A DNA stretch of 64,000 bases from an uncultured Elusimicrobia bacterium (lineage in GTDB: Bacteria > Elusimicrobiota > Elusimicrobia > UBA1565 > UBA9628). This document shows, one piece after another, positions 47,610-60,400 of this stretch. The position numbers and the translations under genes were made by a program. The notes beneath the pieces are model-generated. The model was given only the letters and a program-made list of their open reading frames with translations. It was not told where the DNA came from and did not search any database. The DNA is taken from contig CAZEAE010000001.1 in the NCBI GenBank assembly GCA_964510095.1, positions 1 through 64,000 of the forward strand, given 5' to 3'. The stretch's first letter is position 1. Each line of letters begins with the position of its first letter.

Positions 47610-48401
47610 ATGCCCAGAAAAACCAGGATCGACGCGCCAGGCGCCATAAACCACATCCTCTCCCGCGGCAACGACAAACAAGCCATCTTTAGGGATTCTG
47701 AGGATTTCCTAAAATTCATCCGGCTGCTCGCTCAAACGAAGAAGATGTTCCCATTCCGACTCTACTCCCAATGCCTGATGCCCAACCACTTTCATCTGCT
47801 TACCCAGACGCTTTCACACTCCCCTGCGGTATTCATGCAGCGGCTCTTGACCTGCTATGCCCAATACTTCAACCGCCGGCACGGCCATGTCGGCCATGTG
47901 TTCCAAGGCCGCTACAAGGCATTCCCATGCACCACAGATTCCTATTTCCACTCGCTGAGGAAGTACATCCATAATAATCCAGTCCGAGCCGGATTGGTCT
48001 CCCGCCCCGAAGATTGGCCTTGGTCCGGACATAATCAGATGGCGGACCCTCCAGGATGGGGGTTGATAGACTCATCCTCCGGCCTCCTGTTGTTCGATCA
48101 GAGCCAGACCAGCCACAGAAACGCTATGCCCGAAGAAGACGAGCGTCACGTTTTCACCGACAAGCCTCGGCTGGAAGCTCGCCACAGTCTTCTAGCACAA
48201 CTGGCGCAGCAAGCGGCGGGGCGAACAGGGGTATCGGCAGGAATGATGCTCGGGCCCAGACGCCTACGAAGCCTTACTCCCGCGAGAAAGCTCTTCGCCT
48301 CAATGGCAGCAGCGAACGGCTACAAGGTCGCAGAGGTCGCGTCCTTCCTAAATCGGACAAAAAGCTCGGTATTTAATCTTTGCCGACAGTGTCCCCAATA
48401 A
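47610..48401 (+). CDS. REP-associated tyrosine transposase-like (IS200/Y1_Tnp family) with C-terminal DnaA-C-like HTH
   Basis: HUH motif LMPNHFHLL and catalytic Tyr in HVFQGRYKAF; N-terminus INHILSRGNDKQAIFRDSEDF typical of the Y1_Tnp family; C-terminal helix-turn-helix region. Confidence 0.75.
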   Translation: MPRKTRIDAPGAINHILSRGNDKQAIFRDSEDFLKFIRLLAQTKKMFPFRLYSQCLMPNHFHLLTQTLSHSPAVFMQRLLTCYAQYFNRRHGHVGHVFQGRYKAFPCTTDSYFHSLRKYIHNNPVRAGLVSRPEDWPWSGHNQMADPPGWGLIDSSSGLLLFDQSQTSHRNAMPEEDERHVFTDKPRLEARHSLLAQLAQQAAGRTGVSAGMMLGPRRLRSLTPARKLFASMAAANGYKVAEVASFLNRTKSSVFNLCRQCPQ

Positions 48402-48426
48402 CCGAACAACTGTGGTGCCTGGCCCC
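48396..48426. repeat. Right 31-bp inverted repeat (caataaccgaacaactgtggtgcctggcccc)
   Basis: Reverse complement of 47532-47562; overlaps the transposase stop codon. Confidence 0.8.
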
Positions 48427-48436
48427 GCCCGCCTGC

Positions 48437-51400
48437 TTAGTGGATGACGCCGATCTTGCGGATGACGGTGCTGCTGCCGCCGGGGGACTTGACCTTGATG
48501 CGGGCGATGTAGCCGCCCTTGGAGACGAACATGCCCGCGCCGTTCTTGCCGTCCCAGAGCACGAAGTTGGGGCCGGAGCGGCCGCCTTCACCGCCGGGGG
48601 TGATCGAGATGGTCTTGACGATGTAGCCCATCAGGTCATAGATGGTGATCGTCACGTCGGAGTCGGCGCCCAAGGTATAGGTGATCGTGGTCTTGCCGGC
48701 CGGGCCGCCTTTGCGCGTGTCGAAGGGGTTGGGGTAGTTGCTGACGCCGGCCACGATGACGGAGTTGACGCCCGTGTTGACGCTCGTGGCCAGCGGCGAC
48801 CAGGGAGAGAAGACGCCGGCGGCGCTCAGGGCGCGCACGCGATAGGAGAAGTACTGGCCGGGCGGCCGCGGGCCCTCGCCCGGGAACGCGGGGTCGCCGA
48901 CGCCGTAAGTGGCCTGCTTGCCGTTGACCATCCCCAGCGTGCGCCAGATGACCTGCGCCGAGAGGTCCTTGGCCTCTCCGCCGCGCTCCTGGACCTCATA
49001 GGCGGCGACCCCGGAGTTCGCCTGGAGCGACGCCGCCCAACGCAGGCCGTAGACGGGCTTGCCCTGCTCCAGCGGCTGCGCGGCGCCAGGGACCGAGGGC
49101 GCCGTCGTATCGGGACGGAACATAAGGACCGGCTTGGCGGCCGAGGCGGCGGCGCCGGCAGGCACGAAGCGCGCGAAGATGATGGCGGCGGAATCCGAGA
49201 CCGGCTCGCCGGTCAAATGGGTGATGGCCACCGAGCCATGCAGCCCGCGTCCGTTGCCGGGCGCCGGGTCGCCATCCTGCGCCACGGTGCGCAAGGTGGT
49301 CTTATCGACCTTCTCGACCCGGATGATCTCGCTGCCGACGTAGACGATGCCGGGTAGATTGAGCTTGTTGGCGTCATCGACGATGAGCATCGTCGCATCG
49401 GGGGTCAAGGACACCGTCAGCCGGATCACGTTGGGCACGGGCAGGCTCAGGTTCGGGATCTTGGCGGTCGTGACCGGAGCGCCGGCGGCCAGCGCCCCGA
49501 AGCTCTGGGCGCTCAGCCCCGCGGCGGAGATCAGCGTCACGCTCGACCAGCTGTTGCTATAGGAAGATTGGCTGTCGTAGAACGCGCCGACTGAAACCTC
49601 GTAATAACCGGCCGTCGAGATCACGGGGAGAGAAGCGCTCAATTGACCGCTCTTGCCGCTCCAGGCCGAGGGCACGAAGCCCTGGGAGGGCATCTCGGTG
49701 CCCTTGGCGGGATTGCCCTGATCGGTGAGGTCGTTGCCTAGGAGTATTCGGAAGCCGCCGAAGCCGTTGTCCATGATCATGTCCACGATGCCGTCCGCGT
49801 TGAGGTCCATGTCGAGGACCCCGGTGCCGGTCAGGTCGCGGGAAGGATTGCCGTCGCCGGCCAAGGACACCTGGGTCGCCCGCGTGCTCTCGCCGATCTT
49901 GAAATTGTCGGGGATGCCGTCGCCGTTGATATCGATGAGCGGGCCCTGAGTGATGCAGTTGGCCGTCCAGCTCGAGCCGTCGATGCAGATCCACTTGCTC
50001 TGGTCCGGGATCGGGTTGTTGGCGGCGTCGCGGCAGATGTTCTTCCTCGGGTTGCTGACCGCGGCGCCGGCGCAGCCGGACGGCCTCACCTTGGCGAAGG
50101 CAGGGAACCCGACCGCGATGCCCGGTACGCCGGCCTGCGCCCGAGTCATGATGACCGGAGAAGCTATCTGCTGAGAGCTGATCGAGACCTCGGGGACGCC
50201 CACCAGCTCGATGGTCACCAAGCCGGAGGCCAGCGGCGGACGCTTGGAGGAGTTGGCGGCGGCCGTCAGCGGCGCGCCGTTAGGGCCGATCAAATCCGCG
50301 AACGCCCCGAGCAGGACGCCGATCTTATGCCCCAATGTCGACTGGCTGGCCGCGTCCGTCGAACCGATCACCGGCATGTCGGCGGAGACCAGCAAGGTGA
50401 CGGGAGCGACGCCGACCATCAGATAAGGATTGGCCTGCTCCGTGAGGTTGACGACCAGCGAGCCTCCGGCGAAAGCGCCGGTGCCCAGAAGGACGTCGGT
50501 GTTCGGGGTATCGGTGCTGGGCGTGACGACCCCGTCGCCCTTGTCGAGCCAGATGCTGATGCGGCCCAGGTCCCCGTCGCCCAAGCCGGTGGCGTCGACC
50601 AAGCCGGTGGTCGTGCTGATGATCGTGCCCTGCTGGGTGAGGCGCATGCGCGAGATCAGGACGGTGCTGAGGTTGGTCTGCAGGTCGATCTTGAGCAGCG
50701 GCACGTTGCGCTGGCCTTGCGCCGCGCCCACGGGCGCGATATTGGCGCCGGAGACCGACAGGTCGACGACCGGGGCCCCCGGCGCGACGCGGAAGACCGC
50801 CATCGCGCGCGCCGCCGAGGGATTGCCGCTGATGGGGACGTAGCGCGCGAAGAAGATGGCCGCCGAGTCGGAGACGGGCTCGCCTGCCATATGCACGATC
50901 GGCGCCGAGCCGCGCAGCCCGCGGCCGGTGCCCGGAGGCGGGTCCAGCTCCTGGCCCACGACCCGCAGCAGCGTGCTGCTGAGGCGCTCGGCGCGCAGCA
51001 CCTCGCTGCCGACGTAGATGATGCCCGGCAGGTTCAGCTTGGAGGCGTCATCGACGAAGAACGTCGTGGCGTCGGGGGTCAGAGCCGTGGCCAATCTCGT
51101 GATGTTGGGCACCGGCAGGTCCAGGCCGGTCACCCGGGCGGCCGTCATCGGCGAGCCCGCGGACAAGGAAGAGAACGCTTCGGCCGTCAGCCCGGTGATA
51201 TCGGGAGCCGTGACCGAGGACCAGTTGATGCTGTAGGTCAAAGGCGCGTCGTAGAAGGCGCCGACGGCGACCTCGAAATGGCCGGAGACCGCGACGGCCG
51301 GCAGCAGCATGGCCAACTGGCCGCTCTTGTCCGTCATCGCCGAAGGCGAGAAGCCCTGGTCGGGGACGGGGGTGGCCTTGGCCGCGTTGCCCTGGTCGGT

Positions 51401-54400
51401 GACGTCGTTGCCGAGCATGATCTGGAGGCCGCCGAAGCCGTTGCTGAACACCATGTCGACGATGCCGTCGCCGTTCATATCCATGTCGTAGACGCCCGTG
51501 TTGGTCATATCCCGAGACGGGCTGCCGTCTCCGACCAGGGTGACGCGGGTCGCCATCGTGCTGCCCAGGATGGAGAAGTTGTCGGGGACGCCGTCGCCGT
51601 TGACGTCGATGAGCGGGGGCTTCGTGGGACAGAAGGCCGACCAGGCCCGACCGTCGGCGCAGAGCCACTTGCTGGCGTCGGCCTTCGGGTTGTTGTTGCT
51701 GTCGCGGCAGATGTTGTTGCGCGGATTGCCCGCCGCCCGGCCGTTGTTGCAGTTGACCGCGTCCACCTGCGCGTAGGCCGGGTAGCCCACGGTGACCGAC
51801 GACACATTGAGGCCGGCCCGCGTCAAGATGATCGGGATGCCGGAGGAGCTGATGGAGACCGCCGGCAGGGTCAAAGGCGCGATGCTCACCAGCCGGGATT
51901 CGAACGGCGGGCGGATGACCGGGTCGGGAGCGGCGGCCACCGGCGCGCCGTCGGAACCCAGGAGGTCGGTGAACGCGACCAGCTTGAGCCCCGCCGTGTG
52001 GTCCAGCGTCGACTGCGGGACCTCGTCGAAGAACCCGATATCGGCCGTCACGTAGACCAGCGAGGTCGCCGTCGAGACCCGGAGGTAGGGGATGCCGTTC
52101 TGGGCCAGGCTGACGACGGCCACGCCGTCCGAGAAAGCTCCCCCCGCAGACCATGTGACCGAGCCCAAGAGGACGTCGGTCGTCGGCGTGAAGACCTTGT
52201 CGCCGTTGTCCAGCCAGGCGCTGACCTTGGAGAAGTCCCCGTCGCCGACCTTCGTCGAGACGCCGACGTCCATCGTGCCCAGCTGAGCGAAGCGGATCTT
52301 GGAGACGTTGACGAAGTCGGAGTTCACCTTCATCGTCATCTGCAGGATGGGCACGTTCTGCGCGCCTTGGCCGGCGCCGGCCGGCGCGATCGTGAACCCC
52401 GCCACCGCCAGGTTGATCGGATTGATGGCGATGTTGGTGCCGACGAACGGATACGACGTCGTGCCGGTGCCCAGGGTATTGGACCGCGTCACCCCGGTGC
52501 GCACCGAAGGCTGGACGTTGTCGCCGCGCGGCATGACGATCCAGGAAGGGTCTCGGATGACCAGCGAGACCAGGTCGTTCTGGATGGCGGCGTCTCCGAT
52601 GTCGTAGGCCACGAAGAAGGCTTGCGCCGACGGGCCTATGAACTGGTCGTTCTTCAGCGTGATGAGCGACTGGACGTTGGCGTCGTTGGTCTGGTCGTAG
52701 ACGTCGACCTTCTTGACGTTGCGGCCGACCGGGATATCGAGGGTGGGCGTCGGGCTCGTGCCCAAGCGGTCGCCGCGCGAGGTGATCCACAGGCAGGGCA
52801 GGCCGGTGTTGCGGCTGAGCGTGGGCGTGGCCGGGTCCGAGCAGCCGCCGGCCGCGAACGTCATCAACTCGGCTCCATGCACGAAGACGCGCCCGCCGAT
52901 CGCACTGCCGTCGGTGTCGGTCGGGAAGCCCGCCGTGGAGACGACGACCATGCCGAAGGGCGGAGCCGAGGTGATCGACACCGCCACGGCCAGCGACGTG
53001 TTGACCTGGGAGATGTCCACATCCTCGAGCCCGAGGACGTCGTCCTGGTTGATGTCCTTGAAGATCCGGATGAATTTGACGTCCGTGTTGCGGCCCAGGG
53101 GCTTGGCCGGGTCCTGCGAGCCGCCGCCGCGCTCCAGGCGCAAGGCGCGCCAAGGGGCCAGCGCGATGTTGGTGGCCATATTGAAGCGCAGGAACGGCAC
53201 GTTGGTCTGGGCCTGGGTGACGCCGGGGATCTCGGAGGCCACGTTGTTGACGCCGAGGGTCACTTGCGAGATGACCTTCTTGACGGTCACCAGGGGATTG
53301 CTCTGGAAGGTCGGCGTCGTGAAGATCACGACGTTGGGCACCTGGATCGTGAAATAGGCCGGCCCCGCGATCTGCACGCCGGTCTGGGCGTTCTCGGCCG
53401 CGAACTCGGAGATGTCGTAGGTGACGAAATAATCGGCCGGCACCGTGCTGACCAGGATCGGCTGGCGCAGGGTGATGTTGACCGTCCCCGAGCTATAGGT
53501 CTCGTTGCCGAAGGAGAGCAGGTTGGGCGTCAAGCCGGCGCCGGTCCGGGTGGAATCCACGGCGTCGAACACGCCGTTGGAGTTGGCGTCCCGCCAAACC
53601 TTCATGAGCTTGACGTCGCTGTCGAGGCCGTTGGCGCCCATGCGGTCCAGGCGGAGCTTCTGCACGATGGCCGAGTTGCGGTCCGTGCTCAGCCGCAGGC
53701 GCACCATCGGGACGTTGATATCGTTCTGCAGGGCGCTGTTGCCCGAGATCTGGTCGAACTCGGCCCTGATCGTGTTGAGCGTCGGCGTCACCACGTAGGT
53801 GGGCGCCGCCACCGGCGCCTGGAAGATGGTCACGTGACCGGCGTTGGCCGGGGTCAAGAGGAACTTGGCCCCGTCGGTGACGGCCGCGCCGAAGACCTCG
53901 TTGGGAGGCGTCAACGTGATATGAGAGAACTTGGCCGACGGCGAGACGTCGAGGGCCACGTAGTAGGTCTTGGTCGAGGAGGTGATCAGCGCATACCCCG
54001 GCCGGCCCAGCGTCGGGTCGTCGATGGGGATGGTCGTGCGGCCGTCGGTGTCCGGCGGCACGCCGAAGCGGTTGGAGCCCATGACGTAGTCGCTCAGGTT
54101 GAAGCCCGTATCCGGGTCGCGGTGGAAGACCCCGTCGGGCGTGGCCGACTTGTAGATCGTCACGACATCGACGTCGGAGTCCTCGCCGTTGAGGCCGGCG
54201 GGCAGGGTGCGGTTGAGCTTGAGTCCGCTCAGCTGGATCTGGAAGTTGCCCGACCACAGCTCCAGCTTCATCATGGCCAGGTTCCGCTCGCCTTGGGCGA
54301 TCTGCGGGCCGATGACCGTGCCGGTGGAGTGCGCCGTCGGGATGCTGTTGAGCTCTCCGCGCCGGACGTTCTGCAGCAAGGGCAGGGTCGGATGGAAGCC

Positions 54401-57400
54401 CGTATAGCTGATGATCTCGCCGTCGATCATGGCGTAGGTCGTGGCGCCGACGAGCGGGATGGGCAGGCCCTGGGTCGAGCTCAGCACCCAGAAAGAGTCC
54501 ACGGCGCCGACGGGCTGGCTCGACACGGAGGCGCCGGCCGGGTCGAGCAGGGGCGCCGGGAAGGTCCCGCTGGAGTTGCTGAACATCGGCGTCGACCTGA
54601 CGTACAGTATCTGGGGCGAGGCGATGATGGCCCGGAGCTTGGAGACGAAGGGCACCGGCGAGGCCGGGTTGAAGACGTTGGGCAGGGTCAGCGAGTTCTG
54701 CAGCGGGTCGTCGGTGACCGAGCTCAAGGTCGGCAAGGAGGTGTTGAGGATCTGCACGCCCACCGTGCGCGGCTTGGCCGTCACTGGGTCGACCGGCAGG
54801 GCCGTCGGCGACATATGATAGGCGACGAAGTAGCGCTGGGGCTGGGAGGCGCCCGCGGCCGTGACGATCTTGCGCTTGGGATAGAGGTTGACCTGCGCCA
54901 CCAAAGGCAGGCCGGAGTAGTTGCCGAAGGTGCCCGTGCCGACCAGGACGTCGCCGGAGGCCGGGTTGAAGATGGCATCGCCGCTGGCGTCGTACCACAG
55001 CGAGACCATGTCGACGTCTCCGGCCATGCTGCCCTGCGCCGCCGCGGTGCCGGTGGCGTAGAAGAGCATCCAGCGCCAGCCGGAGTCGGCGATGTCGGTG
55101 TCCAGCGTGAAGACGCCGACCGCCACGGTGCTGAGCTGCTGGACGAACGGCCCCAGCGAGCCGTCGATGGTGTCGGAGGAGATCACGCGCACCAGGTCCT
55201 TGACCTCGGCCACGTTCGAGATGAACGACACCGTGCGCCCGCCGTTGACGGCGGGGATGCCGATGTTGAGCGTCGACATGGACTTAGGGGCCTTGACCTG
55301 CAGATACGTGGTGTTGGCGATGATCATGCCGAGGTTGGCCGCCGGCGACACCGAGGCGAAGGCGTCGATATCATAGGCGATGAAGTAGTCCTGCTTCTCC
55401 GTCGTGAGGATCTGGCCGCCGCCGCCGATGAGGCCGACGACCGGGATGCGGGCCGAGCCGGAGAGCACCGTGCCGGTGGCGAAATCTAGGCCGATGGTGC
55501 CCTCCTGGGCCCGGTAGCAGTCGTTGTAGGTGTTGGAGGCCAGATCGACCGAGTAGCACCTGACGACCTCCTTCTTCGTCTCGTCGGCCGTGTCGTCGCC
55601 CAGCACCAGCCGCTGCTGCGGGTCGCCGGAGAACGGGTTGTCGGCGGGATAAAGGGAGAGGATGCTGTTGACCGCGATGCTGACCGGCGTCAGGCTGCTG
55701 ACCCCCACCGAGCTCAAGGGGTCGCGCAGCGTGGTCTGAGGGAAGTTATGGATCGTCGCGTTGAACGGGCTGACCTGCGTGTCGCTGGAGACGTTGAGCA
55801 GGCCGTTGCCGTCCATATCCCGCCAGATGCGGATGTTCGTGACGTCGGCGGCCTTGTTGTTCAAGGCGAAGAGCGGGTCGTAGAGCCCCGTGCCGCTGTT
55901 GAGCGTCGAGGCCATCCAGCGGTCGAGCTTGACGCCCGTCCACTCGGCGGAGCCGGTGTCCACCTTCATCGTCAGCTTGGCCACGGGCTTGTTCTTATCG
56001 TTCTGCGAGATCTTCGAGGGGATGGCGTCGATGGGATCGAGGTTGGCGTCCAAACCCTGGCGGTTGACGTCGGAGAGCTTGACCAGGTCGGGCGTGGCGA
56101 TGATGATCGTCTGCGTGGACGCCACCGGGGAGAACGAGTTCACCGTGCCGTTGCCGAGCAAGGGGATGACGTCCGACTGCGTCACGATCGCGCCGTGGGT
56201 CTGCCCGGATTCCGCGGCCGCGTCGAAATCGTAGGCGACGAAATAGGTGCGGGTCGAAGCGCCGATCGTGCCGTTGGAGCCGCTCGGGTTGGCGATCGCC
56301 AGCGTCACGGTGCGCTCCTCGCCCTCCGGAAAGGACGCCGAGGCCACCAGCTTGTCGATGGAGAACTCGAAGACGCCGTTGCCCGGAGGGCTCTGGTTGG
56401 CCTGCGTGTCCTGGAAGAGCTTGACCAGCTTGATGTGCCGGTCGAGGCCGCTGCCGGTATGCGTGATGCGCAGGCGGCTCAAGACGGCCGTGAACACGTC
56501 GGTCCACATGTCGAACTTCATGATGCCGACGTTGGCCTCGCCTTGGTTGATATAGGAATAGGTCGACAAGGACAAGGCCGGCGGCTGCCAGAAAGCGTTG
56601 ATGTCGGTGCCCTTGACGTTGATGGCGGCGGGCTCGCGCTGCACCGACGAGGTCGCCGTGCGCACGCCGAAGTTGTTGAGGCCGACGGCCACCGCGCTGC
56701 CGGTCGACAGCGTGATGTAGGAGGGGTTGGTCAGCTCCAGGCCGAAGCTGGCCGGCAGCTCGCCGACGGCGTAGCCGCTGGAGGAGACGCGCACGGTGAT
56801 GAAGAAGAAGGACGGCAGCTGGCCCAGGGTGCTCTCCGTAGGCTTGGCTTGCTCGATGCGCTCCTGGCCGAAGAAGGGGTTGCCGAAGAACCAGGCGCCG
56901 TCGGCCGCGCTGTAGGCGCCGCTGGCGAGGAACACGTCGACGGCGGCGTCGAAGCGTCCGTTGGGCGTGGTCGGGTTGTCCCGGTAGATGGCCACTTCCG
57001 TGATATGGCTGTTGTTGAGGTTGCCCTCCACCCGGCTGTTGATGCGCATCTGCGACAACTGGGCGGGCAAGGCGGGGCTGGGCGCGCCCGGCGTCACCTG
57101 CATCGCCATGCGCAGCATGGGGATGGGGTCGGGCGAGGACGCCACGTTGCCGTCGCCCTGGTTAAGCACCTTCTTGGTCACGCCGAAGGCCACCTTGACC
57201 GGCGGGATCGGGCCGTCGGGCGGCGGCGTGGACTCCGGCGAGAAATCGCTCGGGGTCACGACGACGCCGGCCAGGTTGACGTCGCCGTCGGAGCGCTTGG
57301 ACGGGTCGGCGGGCAGCCCGATCCGGCCGACGTCGTTGGTAAAGCCGGTCATGGCCATGTTGCTGTAATCGGTGACCCCGATCTTGAGGACCTCCTGGAC

Positions 57401-60400
57401 CAGATCGACCAAGCGCATGTTGTTGAACGACCCCTGCTCGGCCGGCGTGAAGATATGATAGGTGGTGTTGGCGATGGTGTCGCGCAGGCTGACGGTGGCC
57501 GTCGAGCCCGAGCTTTGGAAGTTCACCTGGCTGGTATAGTACTGGCCGTTGACGGGGTCGCCCTTGGCGATGTTGCCGAAAAGGTCGCGCGCCGTGATGC
57601 CGACCTGATCGGCGCCGATCAGCCGGGTCAGCGTGCCGGGCTGCGTGACCTTCAGCGGGTTGCCTTCCGAGAACTGATGGTGGATCGTGAGATAGGTCGC
57701 CTTGGCGGAGGTGATCGTCTCATCCTGGAAGATCGTCGTGAAGACGAAAGCGCTGTTGAGCTGGGCCCGAGCGGAGATCGTCACGGTGCCGGCGATGGTG
57801 TCCCAGAAGTAGAACGGCGCCTGGCTCAGGCCGGAGCCGCCGGGGATGTCGATGTCGATCTGCGTGCCCGGGGTGATGTTGTTCCAAGCCGCCGAGGGCG
57901 CGGTGCCCACGATGACGGCCGTCGGGTCGATGCCGGCGTAGGTGGAGTTGCGAGACGAGTTGTAGCGGATGATGTAGGTCTCCGTCGAGGTGGTCGTGTT
58001 GCCGAACTGGTCCATCAAGCGCGCGGCGACGACGGTGCCGGTCGGCACGCCGAGGTTGTATTCGATGGTCGTGCCGGCGATCAGGCGGCGCGACGGCGTG
58101 CCCCAGCCGATCTGGGCGGGAGGGCCGGCCGTGACCGAGTAGGAGGAAACGCCCGGGTCCCAGACGGGATAGGTCACGCCGGTGACGGTCAGCTGGAACG
58201 TCGGGTTCGACAGGAGGGTGTCGATCATGTAGAAGCTGGTGGCCGACTGGCCGACGGAGATATAGGCGTTGACGGGAGCGGTCATGAAGTTGCCGGTGGC
58301 AGGCGTGGAGAAGCGGACGTTGCCGGAGGAGTTGGTGTCCAGCCGGAAGGCCACCACGCCCTCGCCCAAGTCCTGACCGGGGCGCAGGGGCGAGGGGTTG
58401 CCGTAGAAATCCCGCGTCTCCAGCGAGAAGGCCTGGGAGGTAGCGCCCGCCAGCAAGGTTTGGCCGGAGCCGGTCGAGAAGGCGATGCGGTCGATGACGT
58501 CGGCGATCACGGTCACCGACTGGCTGGCGGGGAAAAGGCCGGGCACGGAGATGTTGATGACGGGCTTGGTGCCGCCTCCGGCGGCGTATTGCGTGGAAGC
58601 GGTGGTGTCCATGTAGTAGAAGGTCGCTTGATAGGCGTCCAGCGGCACGGTCAGGGTCTTCGTCGAGTAGGTGAAGAACGGGGCACCGAAGCGCGAGCCG
58701 GGAGAGACGTAGGGGGCGGAAGAGAAGCCCACGAAGTCGTTGAGCAGCGTGCTCTGGCGCGTGATGGTGGTGAGCGTGACGACGTAGGTCTGGGTAGCCA
58801 CCGTGGGGTTGTTGAACTGGTCCTGGAGCTGCGCCCGGAAGACGGCCGGCGCGTTGGCGAAATCGACGATCTTGCCCGCCACCTCGGAGTTCTGCGCGTT
58901 GGCGAAGTTGACCTTGTTGGTGATGTTGGGGTCCATGCGAAGGTCATGGGAGGCCAGCAGGGTGCCGCCGATCCAGCCCTGGATCGTCCAGCGTCCGGGG
59001 CGGCCGCTCTCCGCCGTATTGGACGACGGCGAAACGCCTGAATAGGAGCTGAAGCGATCATGGTAGCGGAACGTCGTCTCCGCGCCGGTGAAGCCGTCGA
59101 AGATCGTGTAGCCGGTGATGAAGTTGTTGTTGCCGGAGTCGCGGAAGCCGTAGTCGCCGGTGTTGCCGAAGACCCCCAGCGCGTAGCCTCGGGCGGTATG
59201 GACGGCCGTCTGCGCGACCTTAAGGAGCACCGAGGTGTCGCCTTGGCGCGTGATGTTGTCAAAATCGTCATGGCGCTCGATGACGTAGGCGCCGCCGGCG
59301 GCGGCCACCTCGTTGATGCCGGCGGTGGCCGCCGTAGGCGTCGAGATGAAGAGCAGGCGGGTCGGCAGGCCGCCCACCGTCACGAAGGCGCCGGAGATGT
59401 TCTTCGCCGCGTTGATGTAGCCCTGCAGGGCGGTCGGGTCGGTGGGAGCCGAGATCGTGCCGATCCAGACCCGCGCCGTGTCGCTGCTGGCCTTGGTGCC
59501 GACGAAGTAGGAGAGCAGCGTGCCCAAGCCGACCTTGCCGGCGGCGTCGGTGACGACCTGGGTGGAGCCGCCGACGAGCAGCCAGCCGGCGCCCGTGTCC
59601 CAGGCCAACTGGCCCGGTGCGCCGGTGACGGCGACGCGCTGGACCTGGACGGCCTGCGAGTTGGTGATCGGGTTGTCGAAGGCATCCGTCAGCTGGCCGG
59701 AGAATTGGATCATGCCGGGGTTGTTGGGGACCAGGGAGCCGGCCGAGATCAGCTGGTCGGCGCTGGGCGTGACCTTCACGGAATCGGGCGCGGCCGGGGA
59801 GATGACGACGAAGGGCTTGACCGCGGGGGCCACGCTGCTGGTGATGCCCTGCAAGACCGAGTCGTAAGCCTCGATCCAGCGGCTGCCCACCTTCTTGAGC
59901 TTGACCATGTTGATCAGGTTCTTGACGCCTTGGTCCGTCACGGACGAGAAGGCCACGCTCGTCGGCGTGAACTCCGGGTCCTGGTTGCCGCCGAACATCT
60001 CGGCCAGGAACTGCACCGTGCCCCGGTAGGCGTTGGGGCCCGTCGACAGGATGTTGTCGAACTGGTCGAGCGCGCTCAAGTCGACCGTGATGAAGGAGCC
60101 GGCCGTCGTGCTGGCGGCGACGTTATAGAGGCGGAAGTGATGGAGCGGACCGGGCAGGACCCAGAGCGGGGCCGAGGTCCCCGAGCGGTAATCGACCACC
60201 GGGGCGAGCCCCGTCGAAGCGACGATGGTGTAGGTCGAGATGGCCGCTCGCGGCGTGACCGAGAAGGAGCGCTTGCCCAGGAACAAGCTCTGGCTGGCCG
60301 GAGGCGTCGCGAAAGGGTCGCCGGGCAGCGTGATGTAGACCGCCGGCATCACGGCCGGAGGGTTGGTGTCCTGCAGCGGATTGCCCACGCCGATGTCGGT

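Larger units (their letters stand above)
47532..48426 (+). mobile_element. REPtron-like / IS200-like element: Y1 (HUH) transposase gene bounded by 31-bp inverted repeats
   Basis: Perfect 31-bp IRs at both ends, lower GC (~52%) than flanks, single HUH transposase ORF; sits between two convergently oriented large genes. Confidence 0.6.
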
